From NCBI RefSeq assembly GCF_021869535.1, contig NW_026262668.1:930001-994000 (forward strand): a DNA stretch of 64,000 nt. Reading direction: 5' to 3'. Shown piece after piece: positions 12,471 to 25,672 of the stretch (position 1 is its first letter; each line of letters begins with the position of its first letter). Below the pieces are notes generated by a model. That model had not been told where the DNA came from. It did not search any database and saw nothing but the letters and a program-made list of their open reading frames with translations. This DNA is from Mytilus californianus. Lineage: Eukaryota. The position numbers were made by a program, and so were the translations under genes.

Positions 12471-14346
12471 TCTAAAATTGCTTTCGCGACCGTTAAATCG
12501 CCAAATGACGGCGGAAGCTTTTCAACTACAGTACTGTTATTTCTTTAATATTATGTTTATTTTTGTCTGTATAAACTTAGAATTTGGATTTTCATCTTAT
12601 TAGTAAAAGGCAAAGATAACAAATATACATATAGATTCTACCACACCACACTGATCTTTACGATATTTATCTACTCGAGAGAGTGACATTTTCAAACTTT
12701 AAAATGCGAGATTTACCAATTCAAGATTTTCAAGTTATGAAATCGAACTATTGGGAGTAGATAAATATGTTAATCAACTGGATAAAGTGGTAGAATCAGT
12801 TTCTCTAATGATTTGATGGACAAATGCCGAGTGAATATTCCGAATGAATATGTAGACAATTTTTAAAAAACAACGTTTCGTTGATCAAAGTTAACAAACT
12901 GGTCAGAACCTTTTTTAAATTCATAAAGAATAAAAGAAAATACTGTTGCAGCTAAATTATCTGTCAAGATATAAATTTTAAAAACTATTCTTTACAGAAT
13001 ATTTACACTTTAGGTGTTCAATTCATCTGGTGCAGAAAAATTGGTACCGTTTATGTTATTCATACAAACGCTGATCGTTTATTAGCTGAAAACAAATCAT
13101 TTGATTACGTCACTTGCATTCAATACTGGTTTGAAGTATAGAGTATTTCGATCCGCTCAACAAATTAATCAACACTATTTTCTCACATTATTCTAGTATT
13201 TTGTGCAAACATTGTTTTTTAAATCGAAATTGAAAACGTTATAGACTTATATATATTGAAAATATGAAAAAATTATAGAAATATGTAACAATAAATTATA
13301 ACCCGATGGTATACATTATAATAATTATGGAAATTTGATAAATATTTAACGAGCTTTATATTGACTTTGAAATTGACATTTTCACCATGAACATTTCAGC
13401 TGAATGACGTATGATTGATTGCAGATATGGATTACATCTCAAAAGACAATTTCCGCCGAAGTTGTGTGTAGACTTTTGCTTTACTTTAAGATTCAAATTG
13501 TTTTAAAATTAAATATGCTTATCTAATTTCTATGATCTAAAAAAAAAAAGAATTCAATGCAAGTTTTTTTTTTAAATTGATACGAAATGAATGCAAGTCA
13601 CTATCAGATTTATAGCAAAATGTGATCGTTACTTGCATTCATTTTGTATAAATTTTCAAAAACAGCATTCAATTCTATAATATACTGCTTAAAAGTCCCT
13701 TCAAATATAAAATTTCACTTAATGTTTTTTTTTTTTTTTTTTTTAAATATTTATAGTATAATACAGACGAGAGTTACAATAAAAACAACTATACGAATTT
13801 TTATATCAAGTATACTGAACAAAGACGGAATAAATTCAAACTATTTCTGATTTCTGAGTAAGGAGCACTCGAATAAAAATTAAAAGCCAGGAAGTCTTTA
13901 TTGGCGTTGACTTTATCAATATTGACTTTAATCGCTAAATAAAAATTGTATTGGCGTGAGAGAAAAGTCAGTCTTTGATTTAACATGTCATATCGAGATC
14001 AATTAAGAAGAAGTTAAATACATCGAGTACACCGTGCTAATTTTTTTAAATATTTTTCTGCAAGCATGGCGGAGACAAAGGTAACTTGTTTTAAAAAGCA
14101 TGTTCTTTCTTCTTAACATCAAATTCTTATAACACACAATATGGCTATGACACACAATATTGTATTACTCCTTAGTTACAATCGAAAATTGACCTTTTGA
14201 AAAGATATCGCATGAAATCAAACATAAGTCCTATAATATATTGTCTCACTGCCTTCTTTCATTTCTGACTGGAATTATTGAACTGTTAAAACTTTCAAAA
14301 GGTCTTCAATACCTAAAGGGCTAATAGCATTGTGCGATTCCTCTTC

Positions 14347-16482
14347 TTTTTAGCTCACCTGGCCCTTTGAGGGCCATGTGAGCTTATGCCATCACTTGGC
14401 GTCCGTCGTCGTCTGTCGTCGTAAACTTTTTCAAGAATCTTCTCCTCTGAAACTACTGGGCCAAATACCTTCAAACTTTAACTGAATGTTCCTTAGGGTA
14501 TTTAATTTATACATTGTATCCGAAGTTTTGATCTACCAACAAACATGGCCACCAGGGCTAAAAATAGAACATAGGGGTCAAATGCAGTTTTTGTCTTATA
14601 TCTCAAAAACTAAAGCACTTACAGCAAATCTGACAGGGGTAAAAAAAAATTTTAGGATCTATCATCCCTGAAATTTTGAGACGAACCGAACAACCCATTG
14701 TTGGATTGCAGCCACTTAATTGGTAATTTTAAGGAAATTTTGCAGTTTTTGGTTATTATCTTAAATATTATTGAAGATAAAGATAAACATTTAACAGCAA
14801 AAATGTTCAGCAAAGTAAGATATACAAAAAAGTTAATATGACCAAAATTGTCAATTGATCCCTTAAGGAGTTATTGCCCTTTAAAGACAATTTTACACAA
14901 TTTGTTCATCATGTTTGCTAACATTTAAAAATCTTCTCCTCTGAAACTACTGAGCCTAATACTTCTAAACTTTAACTGAATGTTCCTTAGGCTAACTGGT
15001 TTATAAATTGTATCCAAAGTTTTGATCCATTAACAAACATGGCCGCTATGGCTAAAAATAGAACATAGGGGTCAAATGCAGTTTTTGCCTTTTATCTCAA
15101 AAACTACAGCAGTTAGAGCAAAAGTGATGAATAAGTCAAAATCTATCTGTTATGAAATTTTCGGACCAATTGGGCGACCCATTGTAGAGTTACTGTCCGA
15201 AATAGTTTATTTTTATGAAATTTTACTGTTTTAGTTATTATCTTTAATATAATAGATAGGAAGTGTAAATGGCAAAAATGTTCAGCTAAGTAGGATCTAC
15301 AAATAAGTCAAATGATCAAAATAGTCAATTGACTCCTTAAGGAGTTATTGCCCTTGAAACGTTTATTTTTTACATTTTTTCGTGCAAGTCTTCTCCTCTG
15401 AAACTGCTGGGTCAAATACTTCCAAACTTTAACTGAATGTTTCTTAGTGTATTTAGTTTGTAAATTGTATCCGAAATTGTGATCCATCAACAAATATGGC
15501 CGCCATGGCAACAAATAGAACAATGGGGACAAACGCAGTTTTTGGCTTATATCTCAAAAACTACAGCAGTTAGAGCAAAATTGAAAGGTAGTTAAAGTGA
15601 TAAATGGGTCATGATCTATCTGTTATGAAATTTTCAGACAAGTTCGACAACCCATTGTTTGGTTACTGTTGGAAATAGTTTATTTTTACCTGTCAAGTAA
15701 TCTTCAGACCAAAAGGACAACGTATTGTTGGGTTACTGTCCAGAAATAGTTAATTTTTAGTAGTTTTAAAGTTTTGGGTTATGTATTATCTTTAATATTA
15801 TTATAGAAAGAGAGAAAGTGTAAATGACAAAATTGTTCAGCAAAGTAAGATCTACAAATAAGTCAAATAAAAATAAGAAGATGTGGTATGAGTGCCAATG
15901 AGACAATTCTCCATCCAAGTCACAATGTGTAAAAAGTAAACAATTATAGGTCAAAGTATGGCCTTCAAAACGGAGCCTTGGCTCACACCGAACAGTAAGC
16001 TATAAAGGGCCCCAAAAATTACTAGTGTAAAACCATTTAAACGGGAAAACCAACGGTCTTATCTATATAAAAAACGAGAAACGAGAAACACTTATGAACC
16101 ACATCAACAAACGACAACCACTGAACATCAGATTCCTGACTTAGGACAGGTGCAAACAATTGCAGCGGGTTTAAACGTTTTAATGGTACCAAACCTTCAC
16201 TCTTATCTGAAACAATAGTGTAACATCACAACATAGAAAGACACACTATAAAATATCAATTGAAATGGCGTAACTCAATCAAAAGACATATTAACACCAG
16301 TGAACATACACTGAACAAATAAATTTGATCTATGATACAATGTTAATACAAAATAAATAAACTAAGGGAAGAATAATTAAAGTAACATGTTTTACCGCTG
16401 TGAAATGTTAAACAATTTAAGAAAAACAATATGTTTGAACAAAAAATTGAGCGATATCAGGTTTTCATGAGCCTCTTGTTTT
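14347..16482 (+). mobile_element. HINE / Helentron-associated non-autonomous element (DINE-1/pearl-type architecture) with ~460-500-bp central repeats and a nested dispersed repeat
   Basis: 5' end: tttttagctcacct, palindrome ggcccttt gagggcc, IR gtgagct, then (cgt/cgtc) microsatellite. Repeat unit tcttctcctctgaaactact occurs at about 14437, 14931 and 15388. 3' end gagcgatatcagg...gagcctcttgtt at 16448-16480. Confidence 0.75.
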
Positions 16483-17933
16483 TCTATTTTTATATCTATG
16501 TCCAGCCATGCTCCAAATCTTTTCGAGGGGTACAGGTTTGTCTGTACTCGAGTGAAATTTGTAGTGAAAATACGACCATATTTACTTAAAGGTTATGATG
16601 AACCTTAATAATTTATTTTAATTCTGTTGTTGTTGGTATGATTGTTTTGGGGTTCCAAATGGAAAAAAAACATGGATATAACCATGCAAATATGATACAT
16701 GCATTTTGTACTTAATTCATTTATTTTAATTTTGTTGTAGGTATGATGGTTTTGGGGTTCCAAATAGAAAAATTAAACATGGATATAACCATGTAAATAT
16801 GATACATGCATTTTATACCTTAATAATTCAGTGGATTTTAATGAAAAATTCAAAGAATTCTTATTAGTTATAAATCGCCATCGTTCATTATCACTTCCAT
16901 TTTATTTAGGGAACGACCATTTAACCACTTACAGGGGTTAAATTCTTTTTCATTCATAAATTTTTTTTCGTTCCACCCAAGCATCATTTTTTTTTATAAA
17001 GAACTTAAAATTAAATTTAATGGCAAATACTCTTAAGCAGAATTTGTTTCCCCCATTTCCCTGATGAAAATGTATTTTTTCAGTTGAGAATCAGAATATT
17101 TTTTAAAGAAAAACAACAACCCCCCCCCCCTTTTTTTTTTAGGTTTTCCCAGTGCATGATATTGATGTTATATTAAAAGACAGGAAGAAACCTTCGGTGA
17201 TTGGTGATCGAAAACTTTTGGCAGCTTATCTACTTATAAGTTTTGTTGCCGAAGTTTACGGATCGTGACCTTGATAAACAATCATCACAAAATCATCCAG
17301 CACGTGAATAATAAGTGAGATGATAGAGCGATGTTTATTCTATATTTATTTACATTTCCCATGCGTTCCTATTTGTTCATTAAACTTTGTCATTACAGTT
17401 GTTAAATTATTAGGTGTTTCAATATTTTTCTTCTTGTATCGGTTAATTCTATCTTCCTATAAACGTTTATATACTTTTCTTTCATCACGGTTTTCCCTTC
17501 GCATTTGCACTTTGCGATTGCCGAATTTCTAGAGATAATGTCATGGAAAGGTCACTACATAAAAGTTCATATTTTTTTCACGTTGTTATAAAATCATTAA
17601 AAATTTTGATTAGCTAACATAAAATTTATAAAGATACGGGATGTAAACACGTATATTTTTTGCAGTGATAATGTTTCTTCATGTATATCAAAATGATTTT
17701 CATTCAAAACGTTGAAGTGTTAAAACGGATGTATAAATCTTGAATTTTAGTTTGCTTGCAGCGGTTTGTAGTGTTTAGTTGTATGATTTAAATATCCATC
17801 GTACATGAACCGTGTGTTGTAACTTAATAAATTATTCTAAATATGGTGTATACGGAAATCGATTTTAATGTCTAGATTGATGTAAAAACAAAACGTGACA
17901 GATGGACAAGTGAAAATCTTAACAACAATAAAG

Positions 17934-17975
17934 ATGGATGGAATATGGAAAGAGAATTCCCCCGAACTAGTTCAG
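17934..17975 (+). CDS. Candidate first coding exon of the MFS transporter (MDGIWKENSPELVQ)
   Basis: aagATGG start, 14 codons, phase-0 donor CAG|GTAGGC. This matches the phase-0 acceptor at 39920 and would need a 21.9-kb intron. Confidence 0.4.
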
Positions 17976-19340
17976 GTAGGCTATTTCTTGTCCATCTATT
18001 TAAAATCTGTCTTCGTTCAACATTTATTCAGTTATATAAGCACAATGCGGTAATCTGTTTGTCTTCCCTTAACACTTATTCACTTACATAAGAACACTTA
18101 TTCAGTTATGTAAGCACACTTGCGGTAATCTGTTTGTATTTTCAATGAAAGAGATCCACAAATATATTTAATATACACATATGGTCTTACTCTAGGATAT
18201 GACATACCATCTTTAATAGATGAAAATTGTTTTAAAAAGATCAAGAATACCGTTGTTTCAAATATACAGGGTGCATTCTAAAGATTAGTTTAATGAATAA
18301 AAGGAGAAGTTTGATACGCATCTTATGAATTAGCATACATTAAAAGACAAAACAGGATGATTATGCCTGACCGTGTACAGTTATTGATATAATATTTGAT
18401 TGCCTAGGGCGAGACATGTTCCTGTTTTGTCTTGTACTGTCCATTTATTCATAGCCCGTGGGAATTAATTGTAAAGAGTTAAGTTTAGAATGGTTTTTGG
18501 TTCCCATATATATCAGTAATTGAAAAACGGTTCCTATTGAGACTACTTTTGCACGTCCAATTTCGAATTTTAGTAAATTTGTTAACACCCGAAGTCTGTG
18601 TTTATATCAGAAATTTCGCCCGATTTTTGGTTAGAAACAGTGTAAGACTTTCTATTTTGACCAAACCACATTCGGTATTTGTATATATATTTAATTCAAG
18701 AGTCTCGCAGGATTCTTTTTTTGTTTCTGTCGATGTTTTTCACTGTATGTTGCTGAAATTTAACAGTTGAGTGATGGTTTACATCAAAGCAACCCTTTTG
18801 ATTGACGAATTTGTAGGCCTGGGAACGCTTCCTTATGAAGATGCAAAATGAAAAATGCAAAGAAAAAAAATTAATATATTTTTACTTATTTTTTAAAAGT
18901 TGGTATTTTTCCAATCATGGATCCGCCACTTTTTTGGTAACGAAGCCTTGTTCTAGTCTTCTTGTCGATAGAAAATGTATGTACAGCAATTATGTTTTAA
19001 GTCTTTTTCTCTCAGATTTAGAAACAGATTCAGCTTTGTGTTTATAATTTTCATCCTTATATAAAGTGGTAGTATGACATAAGAACATATAATAAAAAGT
19101 GTCATACACCTATATAACACGTGTCAAGATAAAAGTTATACAAGTACCATTCTATTGATAATGATAATCATTCAACCTATGCCAACATTTTGAAATTTCG
19201 GTATCAATTTATATTAAAAAATGTTGGCATAGGTTAAATAAAATATAACAGATTAAGTGTTATAAAAACAAAAAATAATTATGGGCCAATCAATTTACAA
19301 CCAGTTTAAACATAATGTTTAAGTGTGCTGAAAACTATTT

Positions 19341-20166
19341 TTATACCCAACGCAACAAAGTTGCGGAGGGTATAATGTTTTTGATCCGTCCGTCTGTCCG
19401 TCCGTCTATTCGTCCGTCGGTCTGTCCGTCCGTCAGTCCTGTTATTGTCATCACAACTCCACTGAAACCACACAACAGAATTTCATGAAACTTGGTAGAT
19501 AAAAAGGACATACTATGAAGATGTGCATATCGACAGGAAATTATGATTCAATTTTTTTTCTAGGAGTTATGCCCCTTTGAACTTATTGGCCTCAATATAC
19601 TACTGCAACAGTTTCTCATCGCAACTTCTCTGAAACCACACAACAGAATTTCATGAAACTTTGTAGATAATAAGGACATACTATGTAGATGTGCATATCG
19701 ACAGGAAATTATGATTCAATTTTTTTTTCTAGGAGTTATGCCCCTTTGAACTTATTGGCCTCAATATACTACTGCAACAGTTTGTCATCGCAACTCCTCT
19801 GAAACCACACAACAGAATTTCATGAAACTTTGTAGATAATAAGGACATACTATGTAGATGTGCATATCGACAGGAAATTATGATTCAATTTTTTTTTCTA
19901 GGAGTAATGCCCCTTTGAACTTAGTGGCCTCAATATACTACTGCAACAGTTTGTCATCGCAACTCCTCTGAAACCACACAACAGAATTTCATGAAACTTT
20001 GTAGTTAATGAGACCATAATATGTAAATGTGCATATCCACAAGAAATTTTTTATCAGTTGACTTTTGTAGAGTTATGAGTCTTTGAACTTACGAATCTGG
20101 TGAGATTTTGTTCGTCCAGTAACAATGTGGGGCGTGGAGTATGTGAGCGTGCTCACAAGGGTTCTT
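19341..20166 (+). mobile_element. Complete HINE/DINE-1-like element carrying about 4 x 169-bp satellite-like monomers
   Basis: 5' subTIR ttataccc, hairpin cgcaac-aaa-gttgcg, IR gggtataa and (GTCC)n microsatellite. gaaaccacacaacagaatttcatgaaactt occurs at 19464, 19632, 19801 and 19970. 3' hairpin gtgagc-gt-gctcac at 20143-20156, followed by a T-rich tail. Confidence 0.85.
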
Positions 20167-21000
20167 TAATTGTAACTTGTAAAACGAAAATTAAAGCAAC
20201 TATATGTACTGATCTCTTTTGTATTAGATATTAACATAATAAAACAATGAAAATAAAGGATTTTTGTTTACAAATGTACAAGTATCGCGTAAATATCATA
20301 CAATATGATGAAAATGTTGATGATATTTTAAGTAGAGTACGTAACGTCAAATGCATGGACATAATGAATATAATTTTTTTTAAATCTGCTGCACGTTGAA
20401 ACTGCTGGACATAGAAATAATAATGGTAATAAGGAAGGAAGGAAAAAAAAATACTCGAGTACTTTTAATGTATTTTTGTTATTAATGCTATTTTCATTTG
20501 TCTATTATAATATCTGTCACGTTATATACTGTACAATGTCTCATATATATATATCTTTATTCTCGTAAACCAAAGTACAATGGTACAGAGACATATACAA
20601 ATAAATTAACATACATAGTATAAATTTTAGATACAAATGTAAAGTAGAGACATAAAGGAGTTACCCAGGAGATTCTAGGCATTTCATAATAATTCTTATA
20701 AACTTACACAGATTGTTTGTTGCTTTTACTATCATAATTGTTAATTGTAAATGGCCCCTGTGGGACCCTGATTGGAATAATAAAAATATTTGGTTTGATT
20801 TGATTTTGAAAAGTGTATTTAATTCACATTTCAGTATTCATGAAGAAAATGTTATTTTGCACATATTTGTGTTATTTCTTATTACAATAATACTATATTC
20901 AGTATTTCTATGTATTCTAATATAAAAAAACACGTATTTCACAAACACTTACTTGTGAATTTAATTCAATAATACAAATATATATATATATATATATAAT

Positions 21001-21700
21001 TCGTCTAAATAACAGCCCAACAATGTTAGATCTGTAAATTTGCGGAAGCAAATTTTTTGTTCTTCCCTGGCCGGGATTCGAACTTATGCTACTGGGATAT
21101 CGTGGCACCAAATCGCCTTGCACTATGCCCAACGCACTAGACCACCTTGGCTCGACAAAAATCAAGCTTTTGGTGGCCGGGTGTTACCTTTCATCGTAAG
21201 TTTTTATCTAGCGTCGTAACACAGTACATGATATATAAGGCATGAAGGTGGAATATTACAGATCAGCTGAATTATCTATCGTAGAGGATCTTATCCATCG
21301 GATCACCAGTGATGGTGATACAAGGCTGAAAACACATTCTGTATACATAATTCGTCTAAATAACAGCCCAACAATTTTAGATCTGTAAATTTGCGATATC
21401 TCAGTAGCATGAGTTCGAATTCCGGCCAGGGAAGAACAAAATATTTGCTTCCGCAAATTTACAGATCTAACATTGTTGGGCTGTTATTTAGACGAATTAT
21501 GTATACAGAATGTGTTTTCAGCCTTGTATCACCATCACATTATCCTATGGATAAAATCTGTTGTTCAGATGAACTTATAATCTAATTATTTCTGTGACTG
21601 CATCTTGCATTAATTTGTAGGACCCTTTACAATAGATAATTCAGCTGATCTGTATATATATCACTCGTCTAAAAAACAGCCCAACAATGTTAGGTATATA
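21001..21700. repeat. tRNA-derived SINE-like sequence in tandem and inverted arrangement
   Basis: B-box-like gttcgaat(c/t)cc occurs in both orientations (about 21075 on -, 21413 on +). 87-bp inverted arms at 21309-21395 and 21452-21538. An outer inverted pair lies at about 21257-21290 and 21620-21653. Confidence 0.65.
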
Positions 21701-23063
21701 TATACAAGTCTTAATTGATAACAACGTTCAAACCTTAATATATATATATATATATACAGTCTATGGAAAGCGCGAATCGAGAAAACCGTTTCCTATGTGG
21801 AGTAGCGATATTTTCTTTTGTAAACAATATGCATTGTGGGGAAATATCAGACGTATGTTAACATTTGAAGGAATAAAAGAAAATTCATCGGAAAATACTT
21901 GTTTTTTTTTTTAAACATAATTGTATTTAACAGGACAAACGTATATAAATATATATACAACTTGCCATGTATTTTGAACATTTTATCCCTTGTATGTTGT
22001 AGTTGTACGAGTAAATATGCATTTGTATTTAATAAAACCTATTTGCACGATCTATAATTTTGAGCTGTTCAAATTCTTTGACAATGATGTACTAAAGACA
22101 GTGGAATGGCCATTGAACTTAATCGATTGCGTTCTACGCCATATATAATCACTTGTAAAGGGATGATAATTTTATATTTTCTTATATGAGTGCAACGTTT
22201 TTCTAATAGAATAGCGATATGCTTTTATTTATGTAAAACGTTTCCAATGCGATATTTTTCTAATAGAAATGCGATACTTTTTTCATATGAATAAAATACG
22301 ATAATGTGACACAATACATCCAAACAAAGTAGAAACATCGACAATTATTCATGACAGGTTCGATGGTACAAGAAAAATTTCACTGAAATTTCGCAAAGAT
22401 GATGTACGTACACAAAAAACCAATAATACGCTTATAAAGAAGTAGACACGATGTTCAATATCCCCTTTGCCTCGATCAACTTTGGGTTTTCCAATCAATA
22501 TTGCACAGTTTTTACCGACTTCCAACTTCCGCTGAAAAAAAAATATTTGGCTAGTGTCAGTCTAGAATAATAAAGTGTTAATACAAATAAATGTATCATC
22601 TGTCATATCTATATGTAATTTTAATAGTTAAATGCAATTGTTGCAAAATTAAAATGACAATACTTTGTCAGAGACTATGCAAAAAATTCAAAGCCAATGA
22701 AACATGACTGAAGTTGATGGGTGAAATAATCTCCCTGGAAATAAGATATGGTAACGCTGTTACAATGTACAACTGCTTAACAAATATCATTGACCTATTG
22801 TAAATGGTTCCCCTTAAACTGACCTAATTACAAACTTTAAATGTAAGCGATGCAAAACTTTGGCAGTCGATGAACCATCGTTCAGGGGGCGAGGCCGTAT
22901 AATCTCCATAAAAATATGCCAATGCTAATACACATGCATACCAAATATCCATTGACTTATCTTAGTAGTTCCCTTACCTTATCACAAATAAAAAAAAAGG
23001 TTGACGCCGCCGATGCCATCGGAAACAGCACGCCTCCATTACTTCGTAGAGGCGAGACAAAAA

Positions 23064-23276
23064 TGAGCCTCCTCATGGGGTTTTTGATTATGTGATTACT
23101 TGGCCGTTTTTATAGTGATTATTTGATTACCAGACCAAATATTTCATGATTATTTAATTAACTGTATTTTTGATTATTTGATTATCATGTTAAAAAAAAT
23201 AATTAATGATTATGTGATTATATTGGCAAAAAAATTTGATTATGTGATTACTTGGACACCCCCATGAGGGGCCTCA
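23064..23276. mobile_element. Small MITE with internal TGATTA(T) repeats
   Basis: Ends tgagcctcctcatgggg and ccccatgaggggcctca form an imperfect 17-bp TIR. The interior has about 10 tgatta motifs. Confidence 0.65.
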
Positions 23277-24701
23277 AAAATATCTATGCTAACCTTTCTT
23301 CGCCCTCTTATATATCTTGAAAATCTATAGTTGATGTAATGTTATTGCATTTTTATCGTATCGTGCATGAAGATAAAAAAAAAAGAGGTCAAGAACTGCA
23401 TTCGATAGGTAAAAATGTGGATAGTAAAAACGTAATTTTGTAGTTGTGAACTAGGAATCGTTTTTCTTTTCCATTCCTTAAAGTAAGTATTTTTTCCAGC
23501 GATCATCTATTTGACATGCCCGAGAACTCGTGTTTAGAATTATGATATTATCTTAAAACATTTTTAAGTAAACACATTAACATGTCTTGAATATAAACAC
23601 TTTTAAATGTGTTTTAGAAATAAAAGTTCTTAGGACTTTAAAGGCACTAATTTCTTAGCTAAACATGATCCTAACCACAATCCTATAAACACTTTCTTCA
23701 ATCTAAAAATGTTACAAAAAAAGTGCGAAAACAATGTATTTAGAATTGTGTTTAGGATCTAAACACCTTTATACAGGTTACATGTAGTAAGGATATCGGA
23801 AATGTATTTTTGGACGCGGCTTGTTTTTACTTAATTTTATTCTTCACATATAAAAAGTATAACAAAAATACCAAACTCCAAGGCAAATTCAAAAAGAGGA
23901 AGTCAAAACGCTACCAATCAACGGAACATCGCCATATAACTTTTATCTCGAACACAAATATGTTTGAAGAACAATTAAGAATTTTCCAAAATGTCTCAAA
24001 AGTTCATTTTGACGTTAAGCAAGTAGGCTAAAAACTGCAACCTCATATAACACGAAACTTATAGTTACAATAAAAACATACCGCAACTACATTAAAAAAA
24101 TATCGCTTCTACAATAAAATATATAGCATTTAAATATTTATTTACAAAAGAAAAAAGTAGCAGTACAGTTTTTACAAGGCCCGTGATAATATTTTGCTAT
24201 TGCGCATATTTCAAGACTCAATTTTCATGTATATTTAAATGAAAGGTTAACAGTATATATGTCCATAAAGACTTTTATCTTATTGGGGTGTAAAAGTGTT
24301 GATCGTGCACACATTTTTAGAATGAAGCGCTTCAACGCTTCATACAAAATGTGCTTTAGTCAACACTTTTACACCCCAATAAAATTACAAAAAAGAAGCA
24401 TTAATTTCTTAAAATAAATAAGAAGGTGTAGTATGATTGCCAATGGGACAACTCTCCACCAGAGTGTAAAGACGTCATTAACATTCCGAGAAAAACATAA
24501 TATTGTGCAATGCCAAAATACAGGTATCGACAGATTGTAGAACCGTGAAATTCAATGTGAATGTGCATATGTATATAATAATACAATTTAGTTTGGTTTT
24601 AATTTAGTGATAAAAAAAAAATACAATATTTATACCAATAAAAACAATATTCAAATATCTAATTACAGTGTTGAATTAGTAACCTTTTAGAATAAGTTGA
24701 T

Positions 24702-24896
24702 TTAAAGGATCGATAAGTTTACCCGGATGTATCTAAATTTCCGGGCTCGGTAAACAACATTTCCGTTAAAATTAGGATGTGCTATCTTGTTTGAAATAAG
24801 TTTTCTACAGGTACAGCTATACTTCCAAATCAAATATTTGTATCTATGGAAGAATTTTGTAAAGGTTTTAAGTAATTTGTGGTAACGAAATCCCAA
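24702..24896 (-). mobile_element. Penelope-like retroelement relic
   Basis: ORF GFRYHKLLKTFTKFFHRYKYLIWKY...IAHPNFNGNVVYRARKF. This resembles the same PLE linker segment (G..Y.KL..TF.KFY.R) as 166-375, but from a different family. Confidence 0.5.
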
Positions 24897-24976
24897 ACTT
24901 AATAATTATATATTTATTTTTTATGTATACATGTCTCTGATCATACTGTAAGAGTGGGATTTTTTTAGTACTTTAA

Positions 24977-25672
24977 AGGGGCACTAGCTACGAGATATAT
25001 AAAAATTATAAAATACGATTTTTTTTTGTTCAATCATTAATGAAAGTGAAATAGTGAAACAATATATCGCTTTTAGCAGCCAGTATTGTTCAATTTTGTC
25101 AAAATAAGCTGAGAAACATTGAGGATGAATTATTCACTTGCAAGTGAATAATTCGACTTAATTGAATCCGTATGCATGTGAACTTCAATTTAACCCCTTG
25201 GCTGGAGATGGATACCGCATGCATTGTGCGTGTTCAATTAGTTCAAGGAAAAGAATGTCAACATTGAAAGTGAAACTAAGGTAAATCATTTGATTGACTG
25301 ATTCGATCCGATCCACAACAAAATCATTCTTATACAGGTAAAAACGATGATTAACATATATTTAATCTATAATATGAAATTAAACAGACCTAGAAAAATC
25401 CAAATGCACGATTCTGCTATCTATTTATATCTTTATTTATGTTTATATCGCTTATATGGCAATCGGAGGTCTTCGGGGTTAACTCGGCAGTTAATTAGAT
25501 GGCGTCTAGACTAAAATACACACGAAACGAAGCTACATATTATCGAGCCCATGCCCGGAATATTGTTTATTTTAAACTTTTTATAATTTGGATAAATGTT
25601 TTACATTGTTATAAATCAAATATGAGAATTTGAGTCAAATCGGTGAACATGATTTTGACAGCTATTGCCCCT
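24977..25672. mobile_element. Kolobok-type MITE (TTAA TSD)
   Basis: ttaa|aggggcactagct ... agctattgcccct|ttaa gives a 13-bp TIR with 1 mismatch and TTAA on both sides. Related fragments at about 31360-31530 and 37200-37337. Confidence 0.75.

Noticed and set aside
13585-13644. 14-bp perfect inverted repeat (aaatgaatgcaagt / acttgcattcattt)
   Set aside because: It is isolated and AT-rich with no TSD or second copy seen, so it cannot support a functional or TE call.
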